Assembly (NCBI GenBank): GCA_017937065.1
Contig: JAGBEI010000014.1
Span: forward strand, 71,154 to 135,153
Reading direction: 5' to 3'
DNA length: 64,000 bases
From: Clostridia bacterium
GTDB lineage: Bacteria > Bacillota > Clostridia > Oscillospirales > QAKW01
A model generated the notes under the pieces. The model made no database searches and was not told the DNA's origin. It saw only the letters and a list, made by a program, of their open reading frames with translations. Each line of letters starts with the position of its first letter. Within the stretch, counting starts at the first letter, position 1. Below are positions 10,872 through 19,402 of the stretch, in pieces. A program made the position numbers and the translations under genes.

Positions 10872-10905
10872 ATACCGGCTGTATTAACACAGCCGGTATC
10901 TTTTT
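10872..10905 (+). terminator. intrinsic terminator
   Basis: Stem ATACCGGCTGT paired with ACAGCCGGTAT, followed by CTTTTT. Confidence 0.85.
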
Positions 10906-10916
10906 GTTGTTGTGCA

Positions 10917-10945
10917 TTGACATATGTATGATATCGTACTATAAT
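10917..10945 (+). promoter_or_regulatory. sigma-A consensus promoter for the marR-MATE operon
   Basis: TTGACA, 17-nt spacer, TATAAT. Confidence 0.65.
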
Positions 10946-10966
10946 AGCTTGGTATGATTTCGTACT
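10926..10966 (+). promoter_or_regulatory. pair of 15-nt direct repeats (candidate MarR operators)
   Basis: GTATGATATCGTACT at 10926-10940 and GTATGATTTCGTACT at 10952-10966. Each is near-palindromic. Confidence 0.5.
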
Positions 10967-10982
10967 TTAAGGAGGAAAGCTC

Positions 10983-11420
10983 ATGACTAAATATATAACG
11001 GAGCAGATGAAACGGTTTAATTATCTTACATCTGAGATAGATTCTGTCTATCATGAAGCTGCGTACAGATTAGGCGTTTGCGACAGCGTTATGCAGATAC
11101 TGTATGCCGTTTGCAATAAGGAGGGTGAGTGTCCGATAAATTTTATTGTAAGCATGACGGGTATAAAAAAACAGACGGTGAATTCTGCGCTCAGAAAGCT
11201 CGAAAGCGAGAATTTTGTGTACCTGAAGCCCATCGGCGGTAAAAACAAGGCGGTATGCTTTACCGAAAAAGGCTCCGAGTTTGCCGAAAAGACAGTCGAA
11301 CATATAATAGACATCGAAAATGATATATTTGACAGCTGGACGCCGCGCGAGCGCGAAGAGTATCTGAGACTTACGCAAAAATACTTGACTTCTCTTAAGG
11401 AAAGGGTGGAAAGGCTTTAA
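10983..11420 (+). CDS. MarR-family transcriptional regulator
   Basis: Size and winged-helix core fit the family (ECPINFIVSMTGIKKQTVNSALRKLESENFV). Only 2 nt separate it from the downstream MATE gene. Confidence 0.8.
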   Translation: MTKYITEQMKRFNYLTSEIDSVYHEAAYRLGVCDSVMQILYAVCNKEGECPINFIVSMTGIKKQTVNSALRKLESENFVYLKPIGGKNKAVCFTEKGSEFAEKTVEHIIDIENDIFDSWTPREREEYLRLTQKYLTSLKERVERL

Positions 11421-11422
11421 TT

Positions 11423-12751
11423 ATGAGAATTCAGTTATCCGATCATTTTACATACAAAAAGTTGTTCAGGTTTACGCTGCCGTCGGTTGTTATGATGATA
11501 TTTACTTCGGTTTACGGAGTGGTGGACGGCTTTTTCGTCTCAAACTTTGTCGGTAAGACTCCTTTTGCGGCGGTTAATTTTATTATGCCGTTTCTTATGA
11601 TACTGGGTGCTGTCGGATTTATGTTCGGCACAGGAGGCAGCGCGCTTATTTCCAAAACGATGGGAGAGGGAGACAGTGTGCGCGCAAACCGCCTGTTTTC
11701 CATGTTTGTGTATATATCCGCGGTCTGCGGAATAATTATTGCGGTGTTCGGCATAATCTTTCTGCGCCCGATTGCCGTGCTTTTGGGCGCCGAAGGTGTT
11801 ATGCTTGACAACTGTGTGGTTTACGGCAGGATTATTCTCTTGGCGTTGCCGGCGTATATGCTCCAGTTTGAATTTCAGAGCTTTTTTGTCACCGCCGGCA
11901 AGCCGCAGCTGGGGCTTGCGGTGACAATTATTTCGGGAGCTGCCAATATGGTGCTTGACGCGCTGCTGGTTGCGGTGTTTGACTTCGGTCTTTCCGGCGC
12001 CGCTGCGGCAACTGCGATAAGCCAGTGTATAGGCGGACTTGTGCCGGTAATATATTTCCTGTGCCCCAACTCCTCGCTCCTTCGGCTGACAAAAACAGCT
12101 TTTGACGGCAGGGCGCTGCTTACCGGCTGTGTCAACGGCTCGTCGGAGCTTATGTCCAACATATCCATGTCTCTTGTAAGTATGCTTTATAATGTTCAGC
12201 TTATGAAGTTTGCCGGTGAGGACGGAGTTGCGGCATATGGAGTATTGATGTATGTCAATATGATATTTTTAGCCGCGTTTATCGGATACTCGGTAGGGAC
12301 TGCGCCCGTTATAGGCTATAACTACGGGGCGAAAAACAGCGCCGAGCTGAAAAATATGTTTAAAAAAAGCCTTATTATAATCGCGACTCTTTCGGCGGCT
12401 ATGTTTGCGTCTGCGGAGCTTTTTGCAGTTCCCCTTTCCAAAATTTTTGTGGGATATGATTCCGCGCTGCTTGAAATTACAAAAAGAGGCTTTATAATCT
12501 ACTCCTTTTCCTTTCTGTTTGCGGGTATTGCAATTTACGGCTCCGCCTTTTTCACAGCGCTCAATAACGGTCTTGTTTCGGCACTGATATCGTTTTTGCG
12601 CACATTGGTGCTTCAGGTTGCCGCAGTGCTGCTTCTGCCTGCTGTCTGGGGTGTTGACGGCATATGGTTGTCAATAGTTGCAGCCGAGCTTCTTGCAGCC
12701 GTCATCACGTTTTGTTTTCTTGCGGCAAAACGTAATAAATATCAGTATTGA
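11423..12751 (+). CDS. MATE-family efflux transporter
   Basis: 12-TM protein with a typical MATE N-terminus (LPSVVMMIFTSVYGVVDGFFV). Confidence 0.88.
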   Translation: MRIQLSDHFTYKKLFRFTLPSVVMMIFTSVYGVVDGFFVSNFVGKTPFAAVNFIMPFLMILGAVGFMFGTGGSALISKTMGEGDSVRANRLFSMFVYISAVCGIIIAVFGIIFLRPIAVLLGAEGVMLDNCVVYGRIILLALPAYMLQFEFQSFFVTAGKPQLGLAVTIISGAANMVLDALLVAVFDFGLSGAAAATAISQCIGGLVPVIYFLCPNSSLLRLTKTAFDGRALLTGCVNGSSELMSNISMSLVSMLYNVQLMKFAGEDGVAAYGVLMYVNMIFLAAFIGYSVGTAPVIGYNYGAKNSAELKNMFKKSLIIIATLSAAMFASAELFAVPLSKIFVGYDSALLEITKRGFIIYSFSFLFAGIAIYGSAFFTALNNGLVSALISFLRTLVLQVAAVLLLPAVWGVDGIWLSIVAAELLAAVITFCFLAAKRNKYQY

Positions 12752-12776
12752 AAAAACCAAATCAAAGTTGTATAAT
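12748..12776 (+). promoter_or_regulatory. sigma-A-type promoter for the second MATE gene
   Basis: TTGAAA, 17-nt spacer ending in TG, TATAAT. Confidence 0.55.
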
Positions 12777-12808
12777 ACATTTCTGAACAATATCGGGGGG
12801 GAATTTGT

Positions 12809-14158
12809 ATGGTAAAAAGCATGACCGAGGGCAGCCCGACAAAAGCGATTGTCAGCTTTACGCTGCCGATACTTATTGGAAATGTATTTCAGCAGTTTTA
12901 CAGCATGGCGGACACCATCATCGTGGGTAAAATCCTGGGCTCTCAGGCGCTGGCAGGCGTCGGCTCGACAGGCACGATATCCTTTCTGTTTTTCGGACTG
13001 ATTGCGGGCATGTCGGTCGGATTTACCGTGCTCACCGCACAGAAATTCGGCGCCGGAGACATGGACGCCATGCGGAAAACGGTCGGGTGTGCCGTTGTTC
13101 TGTCGGCGGTGATAACGGCGGTTATGACCGTTGTCACGGTTTTGCTTATGAGGCCGCTTTTAAATATAATGAACACGCCGGACAGCTTTTACAGCGAGGC
13201 ATACGACTATATAATAGTAATCTCCGCAGGGCTTTTTGCCCAGGTGATGTATAATCTGCTGTCGTCCGTTCTGCGCGCGCTGGGGGACAGCCGCGCACCG
13301 CTCTGGTTTCTTATTATTTCCGCCCTGCTCAATATCGGACTGGACTTTTGGTTTATTGCCGGCATCGGCATGGGTACGGAGGGCGCCGCATATGCCACCG
13401 TGTTATCTCAGCTTGTGTCGTCGGTGCTGTGCTTTGTATATATTGTTAAAAAAGTGCCGGTTCTGCATCTGAAAAAATCGGATTTTCGTCCCGACAAAAG
13501 TATAATGCTCAATCAGCTGCGGCTGGGTTGTCCTATGGCGCTGCAATATTCCGTAACGGCGGTGGGCGCTATGATATTACAGTCGGCGCTCAATCCGCTC
13601 GGACATATTGCCGTTTCCGGTTATACCGCTGCCAATAAAATCGAGCAAATCGGCACGCAGGCATATGTTGCATGCGGCACAACGATGGCGACCTACTGTG
13701 CGCAGAATACCGGCGCGGGTGAGCACTACCGCATCCGGCGCGGTTTTCGCAGCATTATGCTGCTGGCGTCGGTTTACACCGTTATCATCAGCCCGCTTTT
13801 CTTTTTCTTCGGAAAGCATCTGACGGTGCTGTTTGTCAGCGAGGATATTTCTCTTATTACGCCCTATGCCGATATGTATATTAAATTCATGACCGTATTT
13901 CTGCTTCCGCTTGCGGTTGTGAACATATTCCGCAACGGACTTCAGGGAATCGGACTTGCGCTTATGCCGTTTTTGGGCGGAGTGGCAGAGCTTTTGGCTC
14001 GCTGGGTGGTTGCCGCATTCGGCGCGGCACACAGCAGCTATAAAATAATTTGCCTTGCAAGCCCGCTCGCGTGGGTTGCGGCGGCTGTGCTGCTGCTTGC
14101 CGTTTACTTTGCGGTGGTGCGCCGGCCGCAGTATAAAAAGACGGATACTGCCGGCTGA
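12809..14158 (+). CDS. MATE-family efflux transporter
   Basis: 12-TM protein with the N-terminus LPILIGNVFQQFYSMADTIIVG. Confidence 0.88.
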   Translation: MVKSMTEGSPTKAIVSFTLPILIGNVFQQFYSMADTIIVGKILGSQALAGVGSTGTISFLFFGLIAGMSVGFTVLTAQKFGAGDMDAMRKTVGCAVVLSAVITAVMTVVTVLLMRPLLNIMNTPDSFYSEAYDYIIVISAGLFAQVMYNLLSSVLRALGDSRAPLWFLIISALLNIGLDFWFIAGIGMGTEGAAYATVLSQLVSSVLCFVYIVKKVPVLHLKKSDFRPDKSIMLNQLRLGCPMALQYSVTAVGAMILQSALNPLGHIAVSGYTAANKIEQIGTQAYVACGTTMATYCAQNTGAGEHYRIRRGFRSIMLLASVYTVIISPLFFFFGKHLTVLFVSEDISLITPYADMYIKFMTVFLLPLAVVNIFRNGLQGIGLALMPFLGGVAELLARWVVAAFGAAHSSYKIICLASPLAWVAAAVLLLAVYFAVVRRPQYKKTDTAG

Positions 14159-14309
14159 GCCTGCATTGTGTCATAATAAATCGCGGCAGCGCCGGCAGAT
14201 GATAATCACCTGTCGGCGCCGCTTTTTTAAAATTGCGCTTATGTGCGGACTTGACTTATAAATATTATAATTATATAATGTAGTTACATACTGAAAAAGA
14301 GGTATTGAA

Positions 14310-17213
14310 ATGAAAAGAACAGTCTGCATTTTAACGGCTTTTATAATGTGCCTTTCCCTTTTAGGCGGCATGTCGTTTGCCGCAGGGGGTATTTCCGTCA
14401 AGGTTCAGCCCTCCGTCTTTCTGTGCGGGGATATATACAATATTGTCTGGTCCACGAATGTAAACGGCACGGGCTATGTCGACTATACATACAACGGCAA
14501 GGCTTACAGGGTGTATGATGAGGAAGCGGGCGTTGTCCGCACAGATGATTATATACATACGGTATCGGTGCCCGTGGAGCATCTTAATGCCGCGGGTGCA
14601 TACAGCGTTACCTCCGTTGCGGTTTCCTCCCGCACTCCGTACAGCATAAATTACGGGGATTCATGCACGGAGACACGCGAATTTATTAGCTATCACGGTC
14701 AGGAGGAAATAAATATATGGACTCTGTCCGACCTGCACCGTACGCCGACAAACAATATAATGAATTATGTCAACAAAGCGGTGTCGAATCTGAAGGGAGG
14801 CTCTCCCGACCTTATCATGCTGCTTGGCGATATCTGCAATGACATGCAGAACAAGGACTATGCGGAAATCGGTATTTTCGACACGGCAGCGCAGCTTTCG
14901 GGCGGTACCGTTCCCTGCGTGTATACGCGCGGAAACCATGAAACGCGCGGCGAGTTTTCGGGATATCTGCTTCAGTACCTGCCCTCGGATACGGGTGAAT
15001 TTTACTTTACATTTGAATACGGTCCGATGTCGTCGGTTGTTTTGGATTTCGGCGAGGATAAAATCGATACTCACCCCGAATATTCCGGACTTGTCGACTA
15101 TAATAATTACCGCATTGAAGAAAACGACTGGCTGGGTACCGTTCAAAGCTACGGCGGAGAACCGACTTACCGCATTGCATTCTGTCACGGACCGAATATC
15201 ATTAACCATTTCGGCTTCAACTGGCTAAGCAACCTGTCCGCCATGGGAACGGATCTGCTTGTCGGCGGGCACTATCACGGCATTGAAATGTGGGAGCCGG
15301 GCGGCAAAAACTCGGACAGCTGCACCGATTTTCCGATTATGCTGGACGGTTCGCATGTCAACAGTACAGGGTTTAACGCAAGCCAGCTTCTGCTGAAGGA
15401 CGGTAAGATAACCTGCTACGGAGTGTCCGATACTGGAGAGCAAAAGCTGTCCTATGAGCTGACGGCAGGCGGAAATGTGAAAACCGAGAGCGCAAACCAG
15501 ATAAGTAGCGCTTCTGCTTATGCGAATATAAGCGGCGCGGATACTATTGAAAATACATCTGTTCCCACAGCCTACGGAAAGTCTGTTAGCCGCGTGCTTA
15601 AGGGTGCGTCTGCCGACTTCGGATTTATTACAAAGCCCACCGTTTTTGATACCGGCGATACATATACGGTTGCATGGGCAACTACCGAGGGTAAAAACTC
15701 CATGGGCGAGGTACATCTTGTATATGAGGGCAGGGAGCGTAGGTTTACCGATTCGGAGGGCGGCACCCTGCGCTGCCTGTCCAATATGCATGCGGTGCGT
15801 ATCCCGAAAAAATATCTTGAGAACAACTCCTATGAGGTTGTGTCCCAGCACATAATAAAGCACGGCGCATACTCAGCCCAGAAAGGGGCTCTTGTCACCT
15901 CGGGCTATCTTGAATTTTCCGGCTATAACGGACAGGATGAGGTTGAAATGCTCATGGTCAGCGACCTGAATTCCGACAGGACTCTTATCCCGAAAATCCG
16001 TGCGGCGGCGAGCGGGTATGACCTTTTGGTGCTGGGAGGGAACATACTGAAAGACGCCGCCGGTGACAGTGAGGTGATAAACGGCTTGCTGTATAATGCC
16101 GGTATGCTCACAGGCGGAAAAATCCCCGTTGTGTTCCTCAGGGGAGAAAATGAGACTTTGGGTGAATATGCGCCCTACCTCACACGAATTGTGCGCAACT
16201 CCACCCGCCAGTTTTACGAGGCGGTGCAATACGGCCCGGTTTCCATGCTGGTTCTTGATACCGCGGGACTGTATCCGGACGAAAGTCCTGCGTATAACGG
16301 GCTTGCAAGCTTTGAATCGGTTCGGGAAAAACAGCAGCAGTGGCTTGAAAACCAGTCCTACGGTAACGCGCAGTACAAGCTTGTACTCGCACATGCTCCT
16401 GTTATTCATAATCAGCTGGGATATAAATACAGCCGCACGCTCAATACGCTGGGCACCGACCTTGCGCTGTTTGCTCATGAGCAGACATCCGCCTTTTATG
16501 ACGCGGGGTATCATAATCAGAATTTTGTCAGCGCCGTGAACGGCAGTTATTCCGTTGACGGAACGCTGGGTACTCTTGTCAGCTTCAGCGGCGGAGATAT
16601 AACGCTTAAAACACTGGGAGAAAACGGTACGGTTAAGGCTCAGAAAACATTCGCAGCTTCTGATAATGACCTTGCGGCGTTTTCAGACGTACCGCAAAAC
16701 CGCTGGTATTCAAGCGCAGTCAATTACGCGCAGACGCAGCTGCTTATGCGCGGCGTTACGGAGGACAGCTTTCAGCCGTCTGCCGAGCTTACCCGCGGTA
16801 TGGCGGTGACGGTACTGGCACGTCTTGCGGACGTTGATACCGCCGCCTTTGAGGACAGCGCGACGGCGTTTTCGGACGTTGAGCAGAACCGTTACTATAC
16901 GGGCGCCGTACAGTGGGCGGCACAGAATGAGATTACAAACGGTACTGATGTCGGACAGTTTTCGCCGGACGCACCTCTTACGCGCCAGATGCTTTGCGCC
17001 ATGATATACCGTATGTATTCCGATGATTTTGAACTGTCTGAGAAAACCTGCGGGTTTGCTGATTTTGATGATGTCAGCGCGTATGCCAAGGACGCGGTTG
17101 CAGCGCTTGCCGCAAGTGGCGTAATAAACGGCATGGGCGATAATAGGTTCCAGCCGAAAACAGCCGTAACCCGCGCAATGCTTGCGCAAATTATATATAA
17201 CGGTAAATTTTAA
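14310..17213 (+). CDS. secreted SLH-anchored protein with two tandem calcineurin-like metallophosphoesterase modules
   Basis: Signal peptide present. Module 1 has SDLH, GD, GNHE and GHYH. Module 2 has degenerate equivalents. Three C-terminal SLH repeats (FSDV...NRWY/NRYY...). Confidence 0.8.
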   Translation: MKRTVCILTAFIMCLSLLGGMSFAAGGISVKVQPSVFLCGDIYNIVWSTNVNGTGYVDYTYNGKAYRVYDEEAGVVRTDDYIHTVSVPVEHLNAAGAYSVTSVAVSSRTPYSINYGDSCTETREFISYHGQEEINIWTLSDLHRTPTNNIMNYVNKAVSNLKGGSPDLIMLLGDICNDMQNKDYAEIGIFDTAAQLSGGTVPCVYTRGNHETRGEFSGYLLQYLPSDTGEFYFTFEYGPMSSVVLDFGEDKIDTHPEYSGLVDYNNYRIEENDWLGTVQSYGGEPTYRIAFCHGPNIINHFGFNWLSNLSAMGTDLLVGGHYHGIEMWEPGGKNSDSCTDFPIMLDGSHVNSTGFNASQLLLKDGKITCYGVSDTGEQKLSYELTAGGNVKTESANQISSASAYANISGADTIENTSVPTAYGKSVSRVLKGASADFGFITKPTVFDTGDTYTVAWATTEGKNSMGEVHLVYEGRERRFTDSEGGTLRCLSNMHAVRIPKKYLENNSYEVVSQHIIKHGAYSAQKGALVTSGYLEFSGYNGQDEVEMLMVSDLNSDRTLIPKIRAAASGYDLLVLGGNILKDAAGDSEVINGLLYNAGMLTGGKIPVVFLRGENETLGEYAPYLTRIVRNSTRQFYEAVQYGPVSMLVLDTAGLYPDESPAYNGLASFESVREKQQQWLENQSYGNAQYKLVLAHAPVIHNQLGYKYSRTLNTLGTDLALFAHEQTSAFYDAGYHNQNFVSAVNGSYSVDGTLGTLVSFSGGDITLKTLGENGTVKAQKTFAASDNDLAAFSDVPQNRWYSSAVNYAQTQLLMRGVTEDSFQPSAELTRGMAVTVLARLADVDTAAFEDSATAFSDVEQNRYYTGAVQWAAQNEITNGTDVGQFSPDAPLTRQMLCAMIYRMYSDDFELSEKTCGFADFDDVSAYAKDAVAALAASGVINGMGDNRFQPKTAVTRAMLAQIIYNGKF

Positions 17214-17228
17214 AGGGCAAAATCTGAT

Positions 17229-17954
17229 TTGAGACTGATAGTAATTGCATCGGGCAGCAGTGCAAATGCTGCCGTAGTGGAAAATAACGGCGCCGCAGTT
17301 CTTGTGGACTGCGGCGTAACGCTGAGAACGCTGAAATGCGGGCTTGCAAATGCGGGACTTTCGCTTTCCGATTTGCGCGCTGTGTTTATAACTCACAGGC
17401 ACTCAGACCATATAAAGGGTCTGCCGGTGCTTGCACGCGCGGCGGATATTCCGATTTACTCGGCGGTGGATATCGGGCTGTGCACTCACTTTGAGGACAG
17501 AATGACGCAGGGCGGCTTTGAGGTGCAGGCGTTTGAATGCTCGCATGACGTGCCGTGCGTGGGATATAAAATAAGCTGCGGAGAAAAATCAGTCTGTATC
17601 GCAACCGATTCGGGGACTGTGACGCAGTCTATGCTTCAGGCGCTTTACGGCTGTGAAACAGTCATGATTGAAAGCAACCATGATATTGATATGCTGAAAA
17701 ACGGCTTTTATCCCGCGCGCCTCAAGGCGCGGATTATGTCCTCGCGCGGGCATCTGTCAAACAGCGACTGCGCAAAGCTTGTCAGCTATCTTGCCGGCGG
17801 CGGGCTGAGGAATGCAGTGCTTGCTCACCTGAGCGAAAATAACAATACTCCCCTGCTCGCGCGCGCCGAGACGCAGGGCGCCCTTTCCCGTCTTGCACCG
17901 GACAGCGGCGTTAACGTCCGCCACGCCGACGCAGGACTTATAATTGAATTTTAA
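17229..17954 (+). CDS. MBL-fold metallo-hydrolase
   Basis: HRHSDHIKG motif and a conserved downstream His/Asp pattern. TTG start. Confidence 0.8.
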   Translation: MRLIVIASGSSANAAVVENNGAAVLVDCGVTLRTLKCGLANAGLSLSDLRAVFITHRHSDHIKGLPVLARAADIPIYSAVDIGLCTHFEDRMTQGGFEVQAFECSHDVPCVGYKISCGEKSVCIATDSGTVTQSMLQALYGCETVMIESNHDIDMLKNGFYPARLKARIMSSRGHLSNSDCAKLVSYLAGGGLRNAVLAHLSENNNTPLLARAETQGALSRLAPDSGVNVRHADAGLIIEF

Positions 17955-17969
17955 AGGAGAGCTGTCAAT

Positions 17970-18581
17970 ATGACCTCTTATGAAAAAATGCACAGCGGCG
18001 ATATTTATTTCTGCAATGATGAGGAGCTGTCGCGCCGCCAGCTTGCGTGTCTTGAAAAGCTGTATGACTATAATGCCACCCGCCCGTCGCAGGGCAAGCT
18101 GAGGGCACAGCTTTTAAAGGATATGTTTGCCCAAATCGGAGACGGATGCTATATCGAACCGCCGCTTCATGCGAATTGGGCGGGTGCACACGTGCATTTC
18201 GGAAACAATGTATACGCCAATTTTAATTTGACGCTTGTGGATGACACTCATATCTATGTCGGCGACGGCACCATGTTCGGCCCAAATGTAGTTATTGCGA
18301 CAGCAGGGCACCCGATTTTGCCGGAGCTGCGGGAGCGTGTCGGTCAGTTCAACATGCCCGTTCATATCGGCAAAAACTGCTGGCTGGGCGCCGGAGTTAT
18401 TGTTTTACCGGGTGTGTCGGTGGGCGACAATACCGTTATAGGCGCCGGCAGCGTTGTCACAAAGGATATTCCCGCAAACGTAGTTGCGCTCGGCAGTCCG
18501 TGCCGCGTTCTGCGTGAAATCGGCGAGCATGACCGAGAATATTATTTTAAAGATAAAAGGATAGATTTTGATAAAATTTAG
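17970..18581 (+). CDS. sugar O-acetyltransferase (maltose/galactoside acetyltransferase family)
   Basis: Maa-type N-terminus (MHSGDIYFCNDEEL) and hexapeptide repeats (GKNCWLGAGVIVLPGVSVGDNTVIGAGSVV). Confidence 0.85.
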   Translation: MTSYEKMHSGDIYFCNDEELSRRQLACLEKLYDYNATRPSQGKLRAQLLKDMFAQIGDGCYIEPPLHANWAGAHVHFGNNVYANFNLTLVDDTHIYVGDGTMFGPNVVIATAGHPILPELRERVGQFNMPVHIGKNCWLGAGVIVLPGVSVGDNTVIGAGSVVTKDIPANVVALGSPCRVLREIGEHDREYYFKDKRIDFDKI

Positions 18582-18712
18582 TAAAAGGGCGGGTTTTATC
18601 CCGCTCTTTGCTGTTTTTTGTCGGCGACAGGTGAATAATCTGTTATTTACAGGTCATTGTGCTGTCATTTTAACGCTGTATAATATGTTCAAAACAATAG
18701 GAGGAGACCTTT

Positions 18713-19396
18713 ATGGAAATACTGAAAATCGAAAATCTGACTAAGATTTACGGCAGCGGCGAAAATGAAGTGCGCGCTTTGGACGATGTATCCTTTTCGG
18801 TGGAAAAGGGCGAGTTTTTGGCTATAATCGGCCCGTCCGGCAGCGGAAAGTCCACGCTTTTGCATATGATAGGAGGCGTTGACCGCCCGACGTCGGGCAG
18901 AATACTTATGAACGGACAGGATGTTTACGCGCAAAACGAGGATCAGCTGGCAATTTTCAGGCGACGTCAGGTGGGGCTGATATACCAGTTTTATAATCTT
19001 ATTCCGATTTTAAACGTCACTGAAAATATGACGCTTCCCGTGCTGATGGACGGGCGGCGGGTAAACAATGACTTTTTAAACGAGCTTATAGACACGCTTG
19101 ACCTGCGCGGAAGAGAAAAACATCTTCCCAACCAGCTGTCGGGCGGACAGCAGCAGCGTGTTTCCATCGGCCGTGCGCTGATGAATATGCCGGCTGTCGT
19201 ACTGGCAGACGAGCCGACGGGCAATCTTGACTCAAAAAACAGTCAGGAGATTTTGGAGCTTTTGAAGCTGTCCAATAAAAAATACAATCAGACGCTTATT
19301 GTCATTACTCATGACGAGAATATTGCGATTCAGGCAGACCGCGTTATTTCCATTGAGGACGGTAAAATCACGCGGGACAGCGCAGCACGGGGGTAA
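18713..19396 (+). CDS. ABC transporter ATP-binding protein (MacB/FtsE-like)
   Basis: Walker [10 protein letters not shown], signature LSGGQQQRV, Walker [12 protein letters not shown]. Confidence 0.93.
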   Translation: MEILKIENLTKIYGSGENEVRALDDVSFSVEKGEFLAIIGPSGSGKSTLLHMIGGVDRPTSGRILMNGQDVYAQNEDQLAIFRRRQVGLIYQFYNLIPILNVTENMTLPVLMDGRRVNNDFLNELIDTLDLRGREKHLPNQLSGGQQQRVSIGRALMNMPAVVLADEPTGNLDSKNSQEILELLKLSNKKYNQTLIVITHDENIAIQADRVISIEDGKITRDSAARG

Positions 19397-19402
19397 GGCA
19401 TC

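Noticed and set aside
17229-17954. Calling the MBL-fold protein WalJ/YycJ
   Set aside because: It is not adjacent to any two-component system here. The fold motif alone cannot assign that role.
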